A DNA stretch of 64,000 nucleotides, taken from Takakia lepidozioides (lineage: Eukaryota > Plantae > Bryophyta). The position numbers and the translations under genes are program-made. Shown in pieces: positions 49,753 through 63,900 of the stretch. The notes below the pieces were generated by a model that worked only from the letters and a program-made list of their open reading frames with translations, did not search any database and was not told where the DNA came from. Numbering within the stretch: position 1 is the stretch's first letter; each line of letters opens with the position of its first letter. Location of the stretch: positions 55,118,001 through 55,182,000 of the forward strand of contig CM060733.1 of assembly GCA_030704615.1 (NCBI GenBank). Reading direction: 5' to 3'.

Positions 49753-52660
49753 CTACATCTCCAAAACACTAAGAGAGTCTCCAACCTCCACACTTGCAAA
49801 CGACTCAGACATAGCACTCTCACTTTTAAGAGTGGTGTCGCACACAAAATATGTCCCAAAGTAAACCTGCACACCAATCTTGTATGATAAGGATTCCTGG
49901 AGAACTGCACACCAGACTATCCATAGAGAGAGTGATTGTAGACCTTTCGATCGCATCAGTCCTGAAACAATTCTCAAGCCCTCATTGTGATGTGAAGATC
50001 TGGCACTCAAAGCTTTGGAAGAGCCAAGATTGAAGTCTAGTCCCCTACCAATGCAACTGTTCATATCAACATTTGAATTCCTCGGGTGAAGGTTGTAGAT
50101 AGCACTGGAAGTAACTGATCTCCATATAGAACTATATGGAAACAATATATCCATATCTCCATATCTAGAAACAATACATCTGATGTATTGTTTCTAGATA
50201 TTGGCACAAGTAGGCACCCTGGTAAGAACAGAAAAAAAAATGATTGTAAAACAGCACCTGTCCATCTGGACAATGCATATGAACAATTTAACAACAGAAG
50301 TTCGTAGAGAGTGTTAAAACCTGCTTCCCGTTGCCAACCTTCAAACCTAGATCATTTCCTGAGCGAAATGTTGCAAGTGTCTGCAAAATAAACCCTTGCG
50401 TCAGTCTGTTTAGTAATAATCAACAAAAACCAGTGTCAAAACCAAGCTGCAGCTGTCCTTCACTAAGATCATTGGAGTATCGGCAAATTAGACATACCTC
50501 TGTCATCATAGTTTGCAGTTGGCTTCCGCTGATGGGGGAGTCAGTAAGCTCTTCTAACACAGAATTTTTTTTCAATAGGACAAACAACCCTAATAGAACT
50601 TTTCCAAACCAGGGTCCACAGTAGTTTGCAAATATCTTAGCAGTTCAACAGTCATCATATCAAAGTACTTGGTGATCAGATGAATATATATCATGGTGCC
50701 AAACCCTGAGCTGTTGTTGGAGAACTTCTTGCAATGTCAGATAAAAAATCTCATGAAGTAATAGACATAGTCAATATGAAGAGAGAAATTTATCTCATCC
50801 ATCTCAGTACAAAGGAGAAGAGATTAGAAAGTGAATTCTAGAATTGGCAGCTTCCACCATATATTCTTTACACTTAACATCAAACCGTCGAAAGAGATTT
50901 CACACCATGGCACTGCCAGTTGCCAAACTGATATTAGTTTCAGTAAAATATCGAGTGCAAGCAGTATAGCTTGTACCTCCCTCCCATTAATCAGATCGCT
51001 TTTGCTGAGGTCCTACGGAAGCATTTGACCTCTCTATGTTTACCACCTATTACATCATCCCAGCTTCTCTGTGTCTGTTCCTTCAGTATACACATCCTCC
51101 TCTATTGCTCAATCCTTGCATGCCTTGTCAAGTGCATAGAAATGTGTTTAATATTGACCTCAATGTCATAAATTCCCATAACTCTAGCTATGTTGCCTAC
51201 ACAATGTACCAGCAGCCACTTCAGTCAGTCTTATGTATCAAACAGGCCTGGGAGGGAAGCAGTTGAACAGAGGGCCAGCCCAGATTTGTTGCTGCATTCA
51301 CTATTACATTTGACAAATCGACAACGGTATTAAGATCCCCAGTGGGCACAGGGGCTTACTTTCAAGGGTTCTTCGCCAGTGCCTTGAGGATTTTCCATGT
51401 TGATGGTGGGCACCTGTGAACGTCACACAACCAGTCCATTCTCCCATATAATTTCACATATCACCAAAATTTATCAGAGTAATTACAGATACATGAAGTG
51501 GTGACTTTTCCTTTGTAGGATGCAGTATCAAAGTCTACAGACAAATAGACCCCTTGCCTGGTATGGAATTGACAGAATAAGAAAGACATTCTTTATGTGC
51601 ACGGGAGATGGGACACCCTGGACCAACAAGAGAAAACCAAATGTCCATAATCAGAGAAGAATCCAATATCACACAGAGGAGGAGTGCTTCATAGCTATCG
51701 AGCTGCAAAGGTGAGCATTAGAAACATCAGCTGAACATTAGCTGTGGCTTGTAATAGTGTGTGATAAGGCCAATCGCATGGCACCCACCTTGCAGCGGGC
51801 ACATGGCATAACATAAAGGAAGCTGGCAGTGCTGCCAGCATGTGCAATGATGAAATGGCGCCACTTGTCATCTTCGTATGCTGACGGCCCACGCACAATA
51901 ATGCTATCCCCACAATGAAACCCCATGATGTCTCAGGTTAGCACCACCTGGTAAGAACATAGCAATACTGTTTAATACTCACGTCATCCCAGATATTCTA
52001 TCTGGACTTGGGCTTAGGGTTGGGGCAGGGCAGGATGGAGTCATACCCGAGAATTTATCCGAAGCAGAAGGGAACACATTGGTGTAACTAGGAATTGAAA
52101 ACAAGAAACTCTGAGAGGGCAGCGACTTAACCATGTACAGTTCAAGGGCTGGCCGCAAGAATAAGGCAGCCCACCTAAACCAGTAAGCAAGAAACAGAAT
52201 ACTGATAATTCCCAGTACATGACCAAGCAAAGCCTACCCCAGGTAAGAATCCAGAAAGCATGGCAGAGGAGAGGAAGAGACCCAGCAAAGTACCAGGACA
52301 GGAACCAGCCTTGCCTCTTTGAATTTGTTCAAGGGGGGCAATTGGTAAGATATCAGGCTCCCTCTGAGTCTTCCATCGTTCTACATTAGACAAGTATCCT
52401 ATTGTTGGGAAGAAGAGGCACTTGAACAACTCACTGACTTGCAGGGATGGTGAAGTGAAGAAAAGCGAAATCTATTTGGATTCATTGTAAGTTACTCACT
52501 TTGGACGGAATCGATTCATAGGCAGTACATTGGGAAGTCGTTTGTTCAAATCTTCAAGTGATGCCTGCAATGAAAGTGCATTGAAACAGAAGTTACAAGG
52601 ATGAACCCTGTTTACCTCGTAACGCATACTCAGCTAGAAGTTAAAAAGCCAACCATGTGA

Positions 52661-52696
<36 letters not shown>

Positions 52697-54587
52697 GTCC
52701 TCTAGGAAGCTATTGCCATTGGGTGGACTTGATATGGGAGTACATACATGTCTCTGTGACTAAATGCCGGCCTTGTGACCCCGTGTCTTTGTTTGTATTG
52801 ATCTGAAGCGCTTTGCTTCAGGTAAGGTAGTGCATTGGATTTAGTTGGAGAATTTGGGGCCTCTCCCTCTTTAGAGTATGCCTACGCAGCATTCCCTGCA
52901 GCTCCCTGGAGTGTGATCTCTGAATGGTAACAAGTGGACCCATACCGCTTGGGGGCAGCCCCTCCGCCCAAATTGGGCAGTTGTACGCTCTGTCTAGCAT
53001 ACTCGGCACCTGGGCTATGGTTGGTCCTTGTGCCAGCGAATTCTACCAATACATTACCTCTTATAAATAACAACACCCCCCAGGGTGATTCCTGGGAATC
53101 GGTTACTTATGCCAAATCTAGGGCTTCATGTGTAGTTTTTGGGGTGAATCCCAGGATGGACGATGTGTCCTTTAAAACTACATGCTCCAGCTTAGGCTTG
53201 GATTATATGGTTAATGGTTCCATCTCGAGACTTGATAACAGAGGTACTTTGAAGGTTGCAATGCCCAAAAATGCTACTAATAGAGTCTCACATCAATTCA
53301 ATCTCAAAGAAGTTCGTCCCTTGACTGGCTGGAGAGCGGTCTTAGACATTGGTGATTCAATGAGGCGCTCTAGGAAGACAACCAAGGGCAGGGACTTCAA
53401 CTTGAAAGTTTCTAACCAGTTTGATGCACTAAATGAGGTTGATTCCAAGCAGTCAGACCGACAAACTGACCCTAAGAGTGCTGAGGCTGAGCGTCGTGTG
53501 ACTGAAGGATTTGGTAGCCTGAATGGTTTACCAATCCTTAAAGTTTACACAAGGCGAGTAAAATCTACACACAGGATAGTTGTCCCCACTTTGCAGAACG
53601 GTTGGCCGTCCAGGAGCAACCATAGGCTACCTAGACGTCAAACAATTCATATGCAAAGGGCTGGCTTGCGGCTGGGCACTTGCAATTTCTCGGCTGACTA
53701 ACCAAAGGAAACAATTCGAAGTGGGACAAGTTCTTCGGGCAAATGATATTCATATCTGTGCTGGGCAAGAGACATGGGAAACTTCAGACAAACTGGTTGG
53801 AGATGTCTGGTTATAAATGGATCGGTAAATGTCTGCTCTTAAGGCAGCCTCTGCCCAACCCCGTCAAAAAGGGGTTGGCTTCTTTGTCCGTGATTTCTTG
53901 TGTCACAATTGGTGAAATTATCAACAAGCGTTTGTGGTATGAGCACAGTATATGGCTAAAAGTGAAATTGAAGGGCGGTGTGAATACGAAGGACCTCTTT
54001 GTGGGTTGTGTTTACAGGCCCACAGAGGGGACCCTTAGTGCTGACGCAGACAAAGCCTTCGAAGACGTAAAGCTGGACTGTGCTAAGTTCCTCGCCAAAG
54101 GTCAGGTGGGCTTTGTAGGGTGGATTCCTCTAGCAAAGGTGCCCTTGGCTTGACTTACTTTTCTGACCCCAGTCCATGGTGGGACAACCGAGGCAAAAAG
54201 TTGAATGCCTGTTAGATTACAGAGAGTAGCAGACGCAATTCAGCATAGGAATGATGAAAACATTGAAGAGCAGGGGGGAGAGGGTACATCCTTGAGCTAC
54301 ACCTTGGTCTATGCAAAGAAGTTAGACTTCTGTCCATTAACAGTGACACAACTTTTGGTGTGGCAAATAACATCTTATGAGTACATTCTCTCTCTCTCTC
54401 TGGGTCTAATTGCTGGGCAGCTCACACAGCAGGTTGATAATTATTTGAAGGCTTTCTAGAAGATATCTGCCGAACTAATCCGAACTGGAGTGAGCCATCA
54501 CAAAGGTAGTTTCTGTTCCATTTTGTCCTGCCGGAACTGGGCGCGGGTCTATGGCCACAAGGCTAAGGAAAACAACATCTTCTGAGT

Positions 54588-54635
<48 letters not shown>

Positions 54636-57600
54636 CGGATGATGTTGCCCTTTTGGCACAATCTCCTGTCTTCCTACAATGCCATCTCCACATCTTGGAA
54701 CAGTTCTCCAAAGACGATGGGCTGCAAGTCAACCTTACAAAAACCAAGATCATGGTTTTCAATGGGCAGGCCGACCGCAGATTCTTCCTCAACAATCGGG
54801 AGGTTGAGATAGTCAAATCCTACCAGTATCTGGGTCTGGTTATCCACTCCCTAAATTCCAGTTTGCAGCAACTGCCCTGGACAGATTGACAAAAGGCAAG
54901 GCAGCCTCCATCTGCCTTCAGGCCAAATGCAAGCAGATACATCTGCGCCGTCCACTGACCAAGAAGTGGCTGTTTGATAGCGTGGCCACCCCAAATGCCA
55001 CTTTTGGTTGTGAATTCTGGGCACCTGCGGTCCCAGTTTCCTGGTGGGAAAAGAATCTGGAACCATTGCAGTCATCTTTCCTCCAAGCAATGCTTGGTGC
55101 CAGAGGCACAACTCCATTGCACATACTGAATGCAAAATTCGCCTGCGTGCCACTTCAAACTGAGGCCCTCTTCCGGCTTACAATTTTCCTGCATAAGTTA
55201 CAAGCCCTTCCTCCCAAGGGGCTTGTGGCCAGGGCCCTTGCGACATCTATTAGACTAAAAAATGCAGGTTTCAAACAATCCTGGTATGCTCGTGTGGATA
55301 CCTTTTTTGAACGCCATGGACTATCTATTGCTTCACTATTGCCAGTGAACCAGAAGAGGTGGACATCACATCCAAGCATGACCGCAACCAACTCATTAGA
55401 AAGGAGCTCATGGAGCTACATGTCAGGAGAACTTGGAAGTTACCCAACCTCACGACAAAGCTCCATTTCTATTGAGAAACATTCTTGGTTCTCCGAGATG
55501 ATAGAATCTTGCGGCCCAATTACCTTTCGGCCTCTTTATCTCCTTCTCTCCTGAGGGCTTTGGGGCGGTTCAGGGTGGGCTCCCACAACCTACGGACCGC
55601 CTCTGTCCAGCTTGCACAGGGCACAACCAGGCAATTGAAACTGAAGAACACTTCTTCTTCTACTGCCCTCCATACTATGAGATCCGTGGGAGATTCCATT
55701 GTCTATTCCGTGGAACCCAATCTCTCACTGAAGTCTTTCACTATGAGGATCAGAAAGGCTTGGCAGCCTACCCGCACGAGGCATTCACCCTTAGACAATC
55801 ACTAAAACAATAGTTCTTTTCTCTGACCCTGGTTTCCTGTTTTCTCTCATGTTTTTCTTTCCATTTTGTCCCATAAGCTCTATGAGCTTTCCGCGGACGT
55901 TATAAAGCACCATTTCCTTTCATTTCATTTCTCTTGGGGTCAATGGCCACAAGGCTACGGCAAACAACGTCTTATGAGTACAATCTCTTGGCAGCTTACC
56001 TGCACGAGGCCTTCACCCTTAGACAATCAGAACATTAGTTCTCTTTCTTGGGTTCTGGTTTTGTATCCTCTCATGTTTTCTTCCATTTTGTCCCATAAGC
56101 TCTATGAGCTTTCTGCTGACGTTATAAAGCCCATTTCATTTCATTTCTCTCTCTCTCTCTCAACGTCTTATGAGTACATTCTCTCTCTCTCTCACTCTCA
56201 CTACATGCGAGGACAAGGTATGAAAGAAATAAACAAAGTAGCTTTACAGGGCATCCACAGGGAAAGTACCTCAGATGCCAACAAAAACTGGCCAGTATTG
56301 GTAAAAGCGGTAACATAACCGTCAGGTGCAAATTCAACTTGCCGGTCTTCTATCACAGCTATAGACATACACCCACAACACATCATTTTTCAAATAACCA
56401 GAGCGCCCTCCAAAACTCCTGTACTCACCTTCCCCTGTTTTGCTCTGGAGTATACCTTCAGATATAAAGAGTTCACAGTATCTTTGACAAGGTCTTTGCA
56501 GAATTATGGATGGAGCATGTTCAGAGTACATCAGTCACAGGCCAGAATTATGTAGGACTGCACGTTTCTTGACACCCAACCTTAACCAATTAAACAACAG
56601 ACCAAAACCCAGAAGTGTGGACAAAAAATCTTTCTACATGGTTGCCTGACCCTGCCTTTATCACCACAGAGGCAGGGGATCCTGTGCATCAGGGGGATTC
56701 AAGTTCTCTTGAAACTACAACAGTAGCACAGTTTTAAAATTCTCACTTCAGCAAAGCAAGATACCCAACATAACAGCAAATGTTGATACATGCAGCCAAA
56801 ATGTGTGGAGGTGTAGCAGTGGATGTTATACAGATGAGAAGAGCAACGTTATCTTTCTAGGATGGCAATGGCAGTTAAAACTTATACCAGGATCAAAGCG
56901 AACAAAGCGGGCAGGGCACCCAAGATAAGTGGACCACCAGGCTGCTGCTTCAGGGCCTTCATCAACTCCCTTGCCTGACCAAGTCCACACCACTACATCC
57001 ACAACATTGCCGCGCTCTCCATGAGGTGCCTTCGCAGTCATAGGACTCCGCTTCATAGACACCTTGAGAGGCTGCATGCCTGGGGCGTTTATTTCTGCAA
57101 CCCACCCGAATATGTGAGGGAAGTCCAGATCGGTATGAGGTTGACAAGAAGTTGTTCTTTGTAGATGATTTACATTGGACCGTAAAAGAGTCAAATTACC
57201 AATCATTAGAGCCAGACAAAAATGAGGTATGCATGCCAAGCTGTTGCACCAGCAGCTAATTAATATTGCTTTCTGTCTCTTTTTCAGTTTTCCTATCAAA
57301 CTAATGGGCAGTCTTTCCATTGAATAGTCTCTCCCCACTTGGTTCAATGATTAACACCCACTGCCCCATCTTCTCTCTCTGTGGAACCAGTTTGTTGACT
57401 ACACTAGGATTATGTTTACTGTGTGTCTTTGTATGTCTATATGCACTCTCTTCGCAGCCCCTGAGAAGCTTCTGTTTGGTGCAAGCCAACCAAACTTGCG
57501 AAAGTATACCCAGGGCAGCATCATCTGGCAGGATCTCTCCCCTCAAAGCAGCAGCAGGGAGAGAGGGCTGCACCAACGCAAGCTTTGGGAACCTTGCCAT

Positions 57601-58587
57601 AGCAAAGAGGCGGCCCTTATCCGCACTGACCACCATCCATTGTCTGTCATACAAGAATCCTGCATACCCATTAACATTACATTAATCAGAAAACTTGAGC
57701 GCATCTTGTAGAGAGACATGGCTGAGCATGGCTGAGCATAAAGCCCTGGCCCTGTTGGGGTCCAATTGCTGGGCAGCTCACACACAGCAGATGTGAAGGG
57801 CTTTCTAGAGGAAATCTGTGGCTGTCATAAAATTTCTTTAGTTCTCTCTCTGAATTTGTCCATGCTCCATGGTCTATAGCCAAAATCTCCTCTCGCTGAA
57901 AAAGGAGCCAGGATCTCATGAGCAGAGAGGACTGGGGTAGGCTGCTGCCGGGCCACAGTAGAGAAGGGCGTGTATTAGCAATATTAGCAGCTTTGCAAGA
58001 CAAATTGTTCCAAAGGCAATGTATGTTACAGTGGCGAATCAGAAAAATAGGCACTGAACCTTTCAGTGACACATTTGTACTGTTTGAATTAGAAGCTTCT
58101 CCCAACACCCGATGCTGACTAAAACGAGATCTTTTCCTCGTCGTGACATTCCAAAGCCTGAGTTGAATGCTCTGAATTCACCCTGCCTACTTCTATGTCA
58201 ATTACTAATGCAGTGCACAATGGCAGATCAATTCTCGAAATGTAGCCAAAATCAGCTCGACTTAAACTCCAACGATACAAACCTGCTTCACATTCGAAGG
58301 GAAAATCACTGATAGTGGGTCAGTGCTAGAAATGGCAGCAATGCAACACCACTACAGCGTGGAAACACCGACATGCGCTTGACGAAAATTTGAACTACGA
58401 CCGAAAATGCTACGAATTTGAAAGTACCCACACCAATTCGAAACAGACTTCCAGCATCGTCAGATAATTGCGTGATAAGAAGATTTGATTGCCTACCAGT
58501 GGAGCATATGGAAGCCGAGGTGACAGACAGGCCCCGGCAGGCCTTCACAGGGTACAGTAGAATCTCTGCCACACTGTAGGGACCCAT
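49753..58587 (-). CDS. MOSC-domain protein (mARC / molybdenum cofactor sulfurase C-terminal family), 9 exons, 314 aa
   Basis: Exons 58497-58587, 57510-57659, 56888-57094, 56270-56358, 52500-52564, 51789-51903, 51360-51413, 50321-50380, 49753-49866. All introns GT-AG; 945 bp in frame. Motifs LYPVKACRG, DRQWMVV, PKLALV, DEG.EAA.W, MNRFRPNIIV, YEDDKW, CARCKVPTIN, EP..TL.TFR, YFG, V.VGD. Confidence 0.93.
52695..56145 (+). mobile_element. Degenerate LINE (APE endonuclease + RT C-terminus) in MOSC intron 4, antisense to the host gene
   Basis: ORF1-like 52934-53701; LRLGTCNF...DIHICAGQETW; GCVYRP; ADDVALLA...LQVNLTKTKIMVF...SYQYLG; RFRVGSHNL. The 3' end is duplicated and carries a (TTTCA)n tail. 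Confidence 0.85.
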
Positions 58588-59211
58588 CTTCACGCCGCCT
58601 GCAGCCCAGAATTCGAGACTTGCCCAACCCACTTCCCCTCCTCCAAAGAATTCCCCAAATCTCACATTCCACTGCAATCTCACCGCGATCCATCGCATGG
58701 CTTCTCCAGCGACAATCTTGCAGCGCACGGCAGCACCCATCCTGCGGGCCCTCCCTCTCGTACCGATTCCTGGATGGATGCATCCCAAGATTCGGTATCT
58801 CCACTGTTCGAATTTTAGTGTGAAAATCTGGGTTCTACCCCTTCCCTTGAGCCGTTGCTAGGTGTTGGCAAAATGGCAAATGGCCATCGATTCATAGTTC
58901 ATCTAATTATCAGCCTTCTAGAAGTAAGTTTACCCTCCATCAGTCTTTGCATTTGTTCATGGAACATATAAGAGGCACAGCTTCTGCTGCCTCTCCCCCT
59001 AAGAGGCTTATGGCTACTGCTCGCTCTAGGCCTTTGGTTTGAAATTTAAACCCGTAACCGCTAGTAAAGAGGCTTGTGCCTTAGTCTGGGCTAAATGGGG
59101 GGTTGGTAGAACGTGAACACAGCGATGAGCGTGGCTCAACTTAGCAAAAAAAAAAGTAAGCGTGGGCACAAAAGAGGCCAAGGTTGTCATTGATTTTATT
59201 CCGGAGTTCAT

Positions 59212-59900
59212 ATGTGGTTTCGCGTAACCATGTCAAAAGATCTCAGAAACCTCCCTAAACCTAATGCAACCCGGGGAGCAGATTTATCTTGGGAGCATCT
59301 ATGTCAACCAAAGAAAAAAAAAGGTCTGGGTCTGATCCTGGAAAACAAATCACTGCCCTGTTGGCCAAGTGGGTCCCCCGTGCGGGTCCCCCGTGCGCTT
59401 GTGCATCACTTGTCTCCCTGGAGTAAGCTGCCTTATCTTACTGGCTCCAGCCCGCTGTCGTCTTTGCTATGGGCCCCTTCCTTAAGATGGATCACCAAGG
59501 GAAAAATGCAGGGGTTCAAATGGGATCTGCTGCCTGGCAATCAACTGGAAAGCCTGGACTACTTTGCAAAGTCGTCTTACCCAATTGATGCCAGGAACAT
59601 ATATTGAATGCACCAGACAACCAATTTTTGGAAATTGTAATTTGGGTTCAGAGACCCTGCTCCAGCTCAAGCCAAAGTGGGCCTACTGGGAGAGTAAAAG
59701 ACTCGCGCATTTGGGCAATATCTGGGAGAATGGAGATTTCATATCCAAGCAAGAAATCTCCTCAATTGTTGGTGCGAGAAGAGCAAACTCTTGGCCTCTA
59801 TTCTTGACCAGATTCTAGATTACATCCTAAATCTGCTAAGAGCCGGGAATGGACAGCACAACCTGCCACAGTGGATGGCAAAAAACAAATACACGAGTGA
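59212..59900 (+). pseudogene. L1-like LINE fragment
   Basis: LSWEHLCQPKKKKGLGL...; QPIFGNCNL. Confidence 0.55.
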
Positions 59901-60632
59901 CGGCCTCCTTTGGACACTACTGCCTCTAAAACAGATTCACCTAGCAAGGTGAAGACTTGCGGATTACTTTAATGCTTTTCATTTGAGCCGTCCGATTCGG
60001 GCGAGTGTGGAGATGTTGGACAGATGGACATTTCCCAGTCAAGGTTTTGGAGCTTACTTTAAGCGCGCCTTTCTCCTGCTCCAAACCCGATTGGTCTTTC
60101 TTCTCATTCTTCTTGTAGGCTTACTAGTTGCTTTCCAATGGCTTTCTGTTTGAAGCAGTAGGTTGGGAACTGCAGATTCTTCTTCACACCTACAGCACGA
60201 ACGGCTCATGCCATGGCTTCTTCTCCTGTTGAGTAGTGTTGTTTTGAATTTTCGTGCTAGTTTTCTACACCGCTTGTAGCACTTGGGGTTTTTCCTAGGG
60301 GATGTTTTGTCTTTGGCCCAACTTTCAGGGCAAGGTTTTCTTCCCCCTAGTTCTGAATTGACTAATCACCTAGGTTTTTTCATCCCTTGTGTGCAGAGTG
60401 TATAGTTTGTTTAGGCTAGTTTTGTTTTCGTTCTTCCTGAGCTCATCGCTCGTAGGAGCTCGCAATTTCTAATGGCCCCAGCAGGCTTCACATATGTGGA
60501 GCTGAGATTCCTCCTCACCTATTTTCTCGACTTGGATGAATAGAGGGAGGATGCGCTCCGGATGATTGAAGGATGGACGGAACCGGTATGAAGTCTGGAT
60601 GAACTTGCGTTTTACGCATGGGGATGAGCTGG

Positions 60633-60971
60633 TGTAACAGGGTAAAATCTAGAAGGTTTTAGATAGAGGAGAAAAGTTCCCTAGAAGTTTCTAGAATAAT
60701 TAGGAATGATCATAAGAAGTTTGACTTAAGGAAGTTTGACTTGAGGGTCTCAAGTCAAACCTCTAAGATATTCATATTATGGAGAATATGTCAAACCTAG
60801 GAAGGTTGACTTCAGGAAGCTTTGACTTGAGGCCCTCAAGTCAAACCTTTAAAATAATCATATTGTGAAGGGTATATAAACCTGCAATGAAAGCCTAGAA
60901 GACATCGAGTTGTTTTGGGAAAAAATTGAGAAGTACTTCTATTCTAGTTTGTGTAGATCTTGGGTGTTACA
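60633..60971 (+). repeat. 5' LTR (339 bp)
   Basis: TGTAAC...GTTACA termini, TATA-like tatataa at about 60873, immediately followed by a PBS. Confidence 0.9.
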
Positions 60972-60972
60972 A

Positions 60973-60985
60973 TGGTATCAGAGCC
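60973..60985 (+). promoter_or_regulatory. Primer-binding site (tRNA-iMet)
   Basis: TGGTATCAGAGCC, 1 nt after the LTR end. Confidence 0.9.
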
Positions 60986-63900
60986 TAGTCTTTCTTAAAG
61001 TTGGGAGTGAATACATTCTTTAGGAGGATTCGATTAAGATGTTTTTTTTTTAGAGATTTTTGTTGTTAATATTTTTAAATGTTGAATAGATAGTAGTGAT
61101 GGTGCTACGTAACGATAGTATAAAAATTTTATGGACTTAAATCAATCCCATTTCCGTGATTTTCCTTCGGAGTGTGAGTTTAAAATTATACGTCGTCGTA
61201 AAGCAGAAATTAGAGATATGATAGTATAGAGATTTTGAGAGATAGTTCATGGATCGAGGTAGACATTTTCCGCCTAATTTTCCGCCTAATTTTCCACCGC
61301 CAAATGTATTTAGTATCAATGTGCAGGCCATCGACAAACATCAACTTGTAAGATTTTTAGTTGTAGAATTTGGAGTAGAATTCATGAACCTTGTCATGAG
61401 TTCAAACATTCCTTTTGTATTACCAATAGTCACGTACGGGATGGTTTGGGATTGCACTATTTACATACTGTATTAGGATAAGATAATAGAGATAGTATAC
61501 ATTAATTTTAGAAGACAAACACCACGAAGGAATGAGTAGTGGAGCAAGATGACGGACAATGAAGAAATGGTGGACAACGCACACACTACTCATCAAGCCA
61601 ATGATCAGACGGTGTGGATAATGGAGCGCTTACATGAATTGCAGAATGTTCTTGTCATGACCCAATAACAAAACAACGTGTTGATGAAGGAGCTTAAACA
61701 AGTGAGACAATCCACCGCCCTGGGACTGGTTCCTAATGGGTCGGATACATTACTGCAAAAGATGACTAAGACGTGCAAGGTCGAGCCGTATAAAAGAAGT
61801 TGCGCCATGGGAGTGCTAGAAGGATGGATTTATCGAATGGAAGTTCATCTGTCATATTTCCCTACATCAAGCGATTCGGATCACGGAATGTTCATACGAT
61901 CTTTTCTATTCGACAATGCTTCAACATGGTTACAGACATTGGAGAGAAGACAGATTGCAAAATGAGAACATTTACTATAGAGCACATTGAAAGCGAGACT
62001 GCTCCAACAATTCAAGGCAATAGATGTTGTTACAACTGCTCGAATGAAATTATGGAATTTGGAACAACGCGGGAATGTGCAAAATCACGTTGAAGATTTT
62101 TTGAATCTTCGGGTCCAAATCGAAGACATGAGTCATGTAGAAGCTCTAGACAACTTCAAAAGATGATTGAAAAAAAAAATTCAATGAGAGGTAATTTTAC
62201 GCAACCCAGTTGATATTCACGAAGCAATTTCATTGGCCCAAAAGATTGAAGGGACGTTATCAAGATACGACGAAGGTATACATGTTCCATTGAACCAATA
62301 TGGACCAACGCCTATGGAGCTTGGAAATCTTCGAAGATGGGATAACCTCCAATACTCTCAAAGAAATAGGCCGGGAATCAGATATGGGGAAGATAACACA
62401 CAGCGGCGAATGAAATTGAATGACAAAGATGTGACCTCCTCAACATTCTCACGAACAGAAAGACAAAGGGAGACTAGACAATGTTATAACTGTGGAAAAT
62501 ATGGACATCTTGCAGCGAACTGCCGAAGTGGAAGGTACAATCGACAAATTTATCGAAAACCTCTTAACAGTTTAAGGAGATGAGGTCGATTGGTAAATAT
62601 AGAGAAACCTTAGAATGACGAGTGGTCACACTGGCTCGATATGACGTAATATTATGCATGCCTTGGATAGAATCTCACAACCCTGATGTTGATTGACGTC
62701 GAAAGATAGTCAAAACCCATTGGGAGATCGAGTGAGGACATCATATCAAAACCTATCATCATTTGTTATAGATACTACAGCTATATGTAAGAAAGACTTA
62801 TTATTTGTAGGTTTAATAAGAGACGTGGAAAATCCAAAAAAAGACATGAGTGAGGTCCCAATAGAATTACAGAGTGTATTGAAAGAGTTCAAAGATGTTT
62901 TTCCAAATAACCTACCAGCACGGCTTCCGCCAAAGAGAAGAGTAGATCATAAGATTGAGGTTGTTCAAAGTAGTACTCCTTCTTGTAAAGTCCCTTATCG
63001 ATTAGCACCAAACGAGTTGGAAGAATGTAAGGCTCAAGTTGAGAACCTACTATCAAAAGGCTTTATAAGACCAAGTGTATCCCCGTATGGAGTGTCGCTG
63101 TTGTTTGTGAAGAAAAAAGATGGAGCTATGCGCATGTGCATTGATTATCGGACACTCAACCAGCAGACAGTGAAGAACAAGTACCCGTTACCACGCTTGG
63201 ACGATCTATTTGACCAACTGCGAGGAGCAAAATACTTTACGAAGCTTGATTTGAGGAGTGGATACAACCAAATTTGAGTCGCTGATGAAGATGTATATAA
63301 GACCACTTTCTGCACTAGGTATGGACATTTTGAATACATGGTTATGCCATTTGGTCTTACTAATGCCCCAACCACATTCATGGGCCTCATGAATGGTATC
63401 TTTCGCTCATTCTTAGATAGATTTGTGATAGTCTTATTAGATGATATTTTGATCTATAGTAACAACATTGTCGAGCATAGAAACCACCTCAAACAAGTAT
63501 TACAAGTTCTCCGTGAGAATCAGCTATATGCTAAAGCATCTAAATGTGAGTTTGGAATACGAAAAGTAGACTATCTTGGGCATCGCGTGAGTAGGAAGGG
63601 AATTGAGGTAATGAGTGAGAAAACAGAAGCTATTCAGCAGTGGATGGCCCCTGAAGACATTACCCAATTATTGAGTTTTTTTTGCCTTACCGGATTCTAC
63701 AGACAATTTGTACGAGCATTATCAAATATTGCCCAACCATTGATAAATCTTTTGGGCAAAGGAATTAGATTGAAGTGAGGTACAGAAGACGAGTTAGCAT
63801 TTCAAGCCTTGAAGGATACGTTGCTTCATGCCCCGATCTTGAAATGGTATGATCTGACAAGACTAATCAAGCTCTCGGTAGATGCGTCAGGCTCAGCAGT

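Noticed and set aside
58588-58788. N-terminal extension of the MOSC protein from the longer ORF 58306-58788
   Set aside because: The family-like sequence begins at ATG 58587. An upstream in-frame start is possible but cannot be supported without transcripts.
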